A stretch of DNA of 64,000 nucleotides from Acidobacteriota bacterium (lineage in GTDB: Bacteria > Acidobacteriota > UBA6911 > RPQK01 > JAJDTT01). Made by a program: the position numbers and the translations under genes. Below are positions 60,380 through 64,000 of this stretch, in pieces (within the stretch, counting starts at the first letter, position 1; every line of letters starts with the position of its first letter). The DNA is taken from the NCBI GenBank assembly GCA_965209055.1, contig OZ242374.1:2944001-3008000 (forward strand). The letters are read 5' to 3'. The notes beneath the pieces were generated by a model. That model saw only the letters and a list, made by a program, of their open reading frames with translations, was not told where the DNA came from and ran no database searches.

Positions 60380-60716
60380 TCGTACGAAACACTCCCGTTG
60401 GAAAAGCCTTGCACGATTATATCCCGCCACCGCGACTTCCTTCCACCTGGGCCGGGGACTGTTAGTCCCAACTGTCCCACAGTCAAAGACTACCGAACGT
60501 TAACGTTTTCAATTATTTACCGGGTTCTTCGCCGAATCGGTAAAGTGGTTGACTCTCCATGTTTGACATGCTGAACAGGCAACAAACAGGCAGCCGAATC
60601 GGTTCCTGAAAGCCGACGCGCCCCTTATCCCCCTTCCGTTGCCTGGCTCAGAGACCTTATCAGATAGGCTTTGCCGACCGTTTGGCTCCACCGGAGGACT
60701 CTGCCTGAGGCCGAAG

Positions 60717-61070
60717 ATGTCCGGCTTCAAGCGGCAGGGCATTCCCAAGGATCAGCATCCCCAGCAAGTGTACTACGGCGCGGTGGGGAAGACCCGCCGC
60801 GACTTGGCGTTCAAACTGCCGATTGCCGTCAAGGCGGACCGGACCGTCTTCGTCCGTGTCGATCCGGAGCACTCGACCGACCAGGGCCGGCTCAACTCCT
60901 AAGGCAGGGTGACGGCCGCCCTGAAGCGGGCGGTCGAGTTGCAACCAGCGGCAGAAGTTCGCTCCTTCCAGGTCGGGATTGACGGTGAACGCACTTGGCC
61001 GTCGCAAGGGCCAATGGAGGCTCGTTTCGGCAGTGCGTCAAGAGGGTCTCGCGCCCGATCCGGGATGTGA
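60717..61070 (+). pseudogene. degenerate hypothetical gene fragment inside the element
   Basis: protein-like frame YYGAVGKTRRDLAFKLPIAVKADRTVFVRVDP with in-frame TAA at 60900; frameshifted in copy 1. Confidence 0.45.
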
Positions 61071-61183
61071 ATGGGACAAAGGGGGTGGATTCACAAAAAG
61101 AGGTCCCGGTGACTCACAAATGCACTCTCCCGGATCTTGTTTCCTTTCAGTCAGTTGCGGCCCTATTTCCGGCCACCGGGTGG

Positions 61184-61325
61184 CCGCACGGGGAAAGTGG
61201 AGGTGGACGGGAGCGACCCCCCCTTTTTGCCGCCCAGTGCGGGCGCGGGGGTGTTGCGCAATTCACATTTGCGCAGCACCCCCTGGGGGGGTCGCTCCCG
61301 TCGAAATTATCCCTAGCGGGAAGGC
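61184..61325 (+). ncRNA. structured non-coding motif copy D
   Basis: 18-bp stem 61206-61223 / 61285-61302 enclosing CGCCC/GGGCG and GGGGGTGTTGCGCAA/TTGCGCAGCACCCCC hairpins. Confidence 0.45.
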
Positions 61326-62030
61326 AAGAGATGACACCCTGACGGGCAAGATGGGATGCAGGAGCATCCCTGATATCCACAACAATAAGGAACGGCTGGA
61401 GGCCCTCAGGAAGCAGGCGGTGGAGAAGCTCCGCGGCCGCCGCGCTTACCGCTGTCCGCGCTGTGGCTGTCAGAGCTACGAGAAAGATTTTGACCGGACA
61501 AGAAGAAGAGACACCTACCAACTGAAAAGCCCTTCCAGTGAGCGCCGAGGCCCTGTGTTCGAGCCTCCCCACCGTGTGGAAAATCAGAGATTTCCCACAG
61601 GGTGCGTCGTTTTGCTGACCCCACAATCAGCGCCGCCCACGAAAGAAAGCCGGCTCCCGGCTGGAAGCCGTCCGAGACCGCGCGAGGGACCCGTTCTTAT
61701 GGGACGCGACAAACAGGAGCGCGTGAAAAAGAGTCCGGCATGGTGAGCCTGACTCTTTGAGGGCGCAACTGGGGGGTCTGGGGGGATAGTTCCCCCCGGT
61801 CCGTCATCCGTTCCGGCTTGCCGGCCTCGCGGACCAGGACGAAATCGGCCCGCCGTTGGAGGACCTCGACCACGGTCGCGGTCCAGGCCTCTCCGGCCCG
61901 CGTTGTGATCTGGATGGAGCCGCCGCCGCGTCCTCGCTCTGAAGGACCTGAACGCCGACGTCGATTCTCTGGCGCCGTGGTAGGATTCGCCCCATGGCGA
62001 AGAACCCGGATCCGGAAAGGAGGAGATGCT

Positions 62031-63119
62031 ATGGGCATCTACAAGGTGAAGGATCGCCGGGGGAGAAGACGCTATGTCGTCAGCAAGTACTGGCCGCACG
62101 GATCCGGTCGGCTTCGAATGTACGCCCCCAACTACCGGAGCGCACAGGCGCTTCAAACACGAATCGAGTCCAGCATCCTGGACGGCACATGGAAGCAGCT
62201 CAAGGAGGAACTCGCCGGCGGGAACCGCACCGTCTGGACGGTCCGGAGCTTCTACGAGCGTTTCTTCGAGGAGTACTGCAAACCTCGCATGCGCTCCCGG
62301 CGTCGCTATGCGCTCTCGTTCAAGAGCCTCAACGCCATGCTGGGAAACATTCCCCTGAAGGAGTTCCGACGCAAGGACCTGTACCGCTATGTCGCCAAAA
62401 GGAAGAAGCAAGTGCAGCCGGCCACGGTGAACCGGGACATTGCCGCCATCAGCAAGCTGTTTTCCTACGCGCTTGAGTGCGGAGAAGTGGACACGCACCC
62501 GCTGGTGAGATTCCCCAAACTCAAAGAACCCAAGAAGGTCTTCCGGCCCTTGACGGTTCAACAGTTCCGCGACCTGGTCGAGGCGATGGACAACCCCTGC
62601 CTGCAAGCCATGGTTGCGGTGATCGGCGAGACGGGGATACGGAAAGGCGAAGCGTTGTCGCTCACCTGGAAACGGGTGGACCTATCCCGGAGTCTGCTAT
62701 GGGTGGAGTTCACCAAGAACGACGAGCCGAGGGAGATTCCGCTCTCGAAGTATGCTGCTGGATACCTGACCGGGCTGGTTCGCTACCTGAACACGCCATA
62801 CGTTTTCGTCAACAGCCGGACTGGCACGAGATGGGTGAATCCGGACAAGCCGTTGCGCCGGGCCGCCGAGCGGGTGGGGTTGAAGGTCGGATTTCACGAC
62901 CTGAGACGATTCCGGTGCAGCCATTGGCTGATGCAGGGGGTGGACGTGAGAACGGTGCAGAAGCTGATGGGTCACTCGGCGATCAGCACGACCATGCGCT
63001 ACGCCGGGTACGTCAGTTCCCATGCGCTTGCCAGCATACGGGAGGCACAGGCTACCGAAGACTCACAAATGCGCCCGGCAACAAACAGGCAACAGGCAGG
63101 AAATAGGGGGAATGACTAG
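62031..63119 (+). CDS. tyrosine recombinase/integrase, 362 aa
   Basis: nearly identical to 30168-31256; full R-K-HxxR-H-Y set. Confidence 0.95.
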   Translation: MGIYKVKDRRGRRRYVVSKYWPHGSGRLRMYAPNYRSAQALQTRIESSILDGTWKQLKEELAGGNRTVWTVRSFYERFFEEYCKPRMRSRRRYALSFKSLNAMLGNIPLKEFRRKDLYRYVAKRKKQVQPATVNRDIAAISKLFSYALECGEVDTHPLVRFPKLKEPKKVFRPLTVQQFRDLVEAMDNPCLQAMVAVIGETGIRKGEALSLTWKRVDLSRSLLWVEFTKNDEPREIPLSKYAAGYLTGLVRYLNTPYVFVNSRTGTRWVNPDKPLRRAAERVGLKVGFHDLRRFRCSHWLMQGVDVRTVQKLMGHSAISTTMRYAGYVSSHALASIREAQATEDSQMRPATNRQQAGNRGND

Positions 63120-63192
63120 AGGAGAGCAGTGGCGTAACCCCTTGAAAATAAAAGCAAGCGCCCCAAGCTCAGCAGGACAGAGCGCGGGACTG

Positions 63193-63714
63193 TTAGTCCC
63201 CCCGTCCCCTTTGCGCCAATCCTCCAATTGAAGTTCGGCGGTTGAAAACCCCCGTTCCTTCTCCACGGTCCCACTCCCGGGCCATTTGCTTCAAATCCGC
63301 CACAATACTGCTGTAGGCGGGGTCGCCGTACAGGTTGCGCTGCTCCCAGGGGTCGTTCAGGAGATGGTAGAGGGACCCGTCCTCGTCGGGTACCCGCTCG
63401 TCCATGAAGAAGACCAGCTTCCATTCCCGGGTCCGGACCATGACCCGCCGTCCCCCGCTGCGGCGAAGTTCCTCGTAGGCATCTTCGCTGTGATCGTGCT
63501 CCGAGAAACAGGCCCGGCGCCACTCCCGGACCTCGCCCCGGATCAAGGGCAGCAGGCTCCGGCCCCGAATCCCGGAGGGCGGGTCGAAACCGGACAGCTC
63601 CAGCAGCGTCGGCAGGAAGTCCACCATCTCCACCGGCTCCGTCACCACCTTGCCCTGAGGCAGCAGCCCTGGAGCCCGAAGGATGAACGGGACCTTGACG
63701 TTGGTGTCGTAGAA
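63193..63714 (-). pseudogene. C-terminal part of a sulfatase, apparently interrupted upstream
   Basis: FYDTNVKVPFILRAPG, VEMVDFLPT, GRSLLP, MVRTREWKL, LYHLLNDPWEQRNL; similarity is lost beyond ~63715. Confidence 0.75.
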
Positions 63715-63759
63715 ATCCCGATTGTCGGGTGTCCTGGTCTGGAAACCAACGGCCGAACG

Positions 63760-63775
63760 TATAATAAACCGGAGG
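63760..63775 (+). promoter_or_regulatory. -10 box and RBS of the terminal ORF
   Basis: TATAAT 63760-63765, GGAGG 63771-63775, ATG 63781. Confidence 0.6.
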
Positions 63776-63780
63776 TTGTA

Positions 63781-64000
63781 ATGGGAAAAGTCATCAACTT
63801 CAGACCGAGACGAGCCTGTCTGTTCAATGTGGAGACCATGGCCCGGATCAACACCAAAACCGAGTCGCCACGACTCACCCGAGCCCTGGAGAGCAAATCG
63901 GAGACCACGGCCAGAACCTACAGGAACGCCATAAACGGATTTGACCGGTGGGCCAACGGCCGCCCCGTCTCGGATGAGACTTTGGCCGAATATGTCACTC
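63781..64000 (+). CDS. probable tyrosine recombinase N-terminal (core-binding) region, truncated by window end
   Basis: SETTARTYRNAINGFDRWANGRPVSDETLAEYV resembles integrase SAM-like helices; catalytic domain not in the window. Confidence 0.6.
   Translation, partial: MGKVINFRPRRACLFNVETMARINTKTESPRLTRALESKSETTARTYRNAINGFDRWANGRPVSDETLAEYVT

Larger units (their letters stand above)
60455..63200 (+). mobile_element. ~2.75 kb tyrosine-recombinase element, copy 2 (inverted relative to copy 1)
   Basis: GGGACTGTTAGTCCC at 60455-60469 and 63186-63200; colinear with the reverse complement of 30087-32785. Confidence 0.92.

Noticed and set aside
61184-61325. Bridge/guide-RNA-like targeting of the att site by the structured motif
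   Set aside because: No complementarity found by eye between its loops and either att core; RNA guidance is unsupported
60979-61746. 255-aa ORF present in both element copies
   Set aside because: Its first half runs through the structured motif with unnatural composition; copies are too similar for openness to be informative; only the 3' part is kept as a weak candidate

Overview
GC-rich bacterial DNA, probably Acidobacteriota (inferred from the Acidobacteria-style TonB-dependent receptors and the DUF1501/DUF1553/PVC-heme genes). 1-13.6 kb is core genome: mraY(3' part)-murD-ftsW-murG-murC-ftsQ-ftsA-ftsZ, with purF-purM-purN, a PLP enzyme and a Nudix hydrolase on the opposite strand. The rest is accessory: a tandemly duplicated TonB-dependent receptor unit, carbohydrate-type genes (sialidase-like, heparinase II/III-like, glycosyltransferase, three paralogous glycoside-hydrolase-like proteins, Gfo/Idh/MocA oxidoreductases), ahcY, toxin-antitoxin genes and a DUF1501/DUF1553 operon. 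The most notable signal is a set of tyrosine-recombinase elements that appear to use REP-like hairpins rather than tRNA genes as attachment sites. A ~2.7 kb element is present twice in inverted orientation (30087-32785, 60455-63200), each end carrying the palindrome GGGACTGTTAGTCCC. A ~3.2 kb P4-type integrase island (26860-30033) sits in the neighbouring hairpin of the same REP cluster. A third recombinase gene starts at the window end and interrupts a sulfatase. The first two element types share a ~140-nt non-coding multi-stem motif (4 copies) whose fold is conserved while its inner sequence changes. No rRNA, tRNA or CRISPR array was seen. All protein calls come from motif recognition by eye, not database searches.
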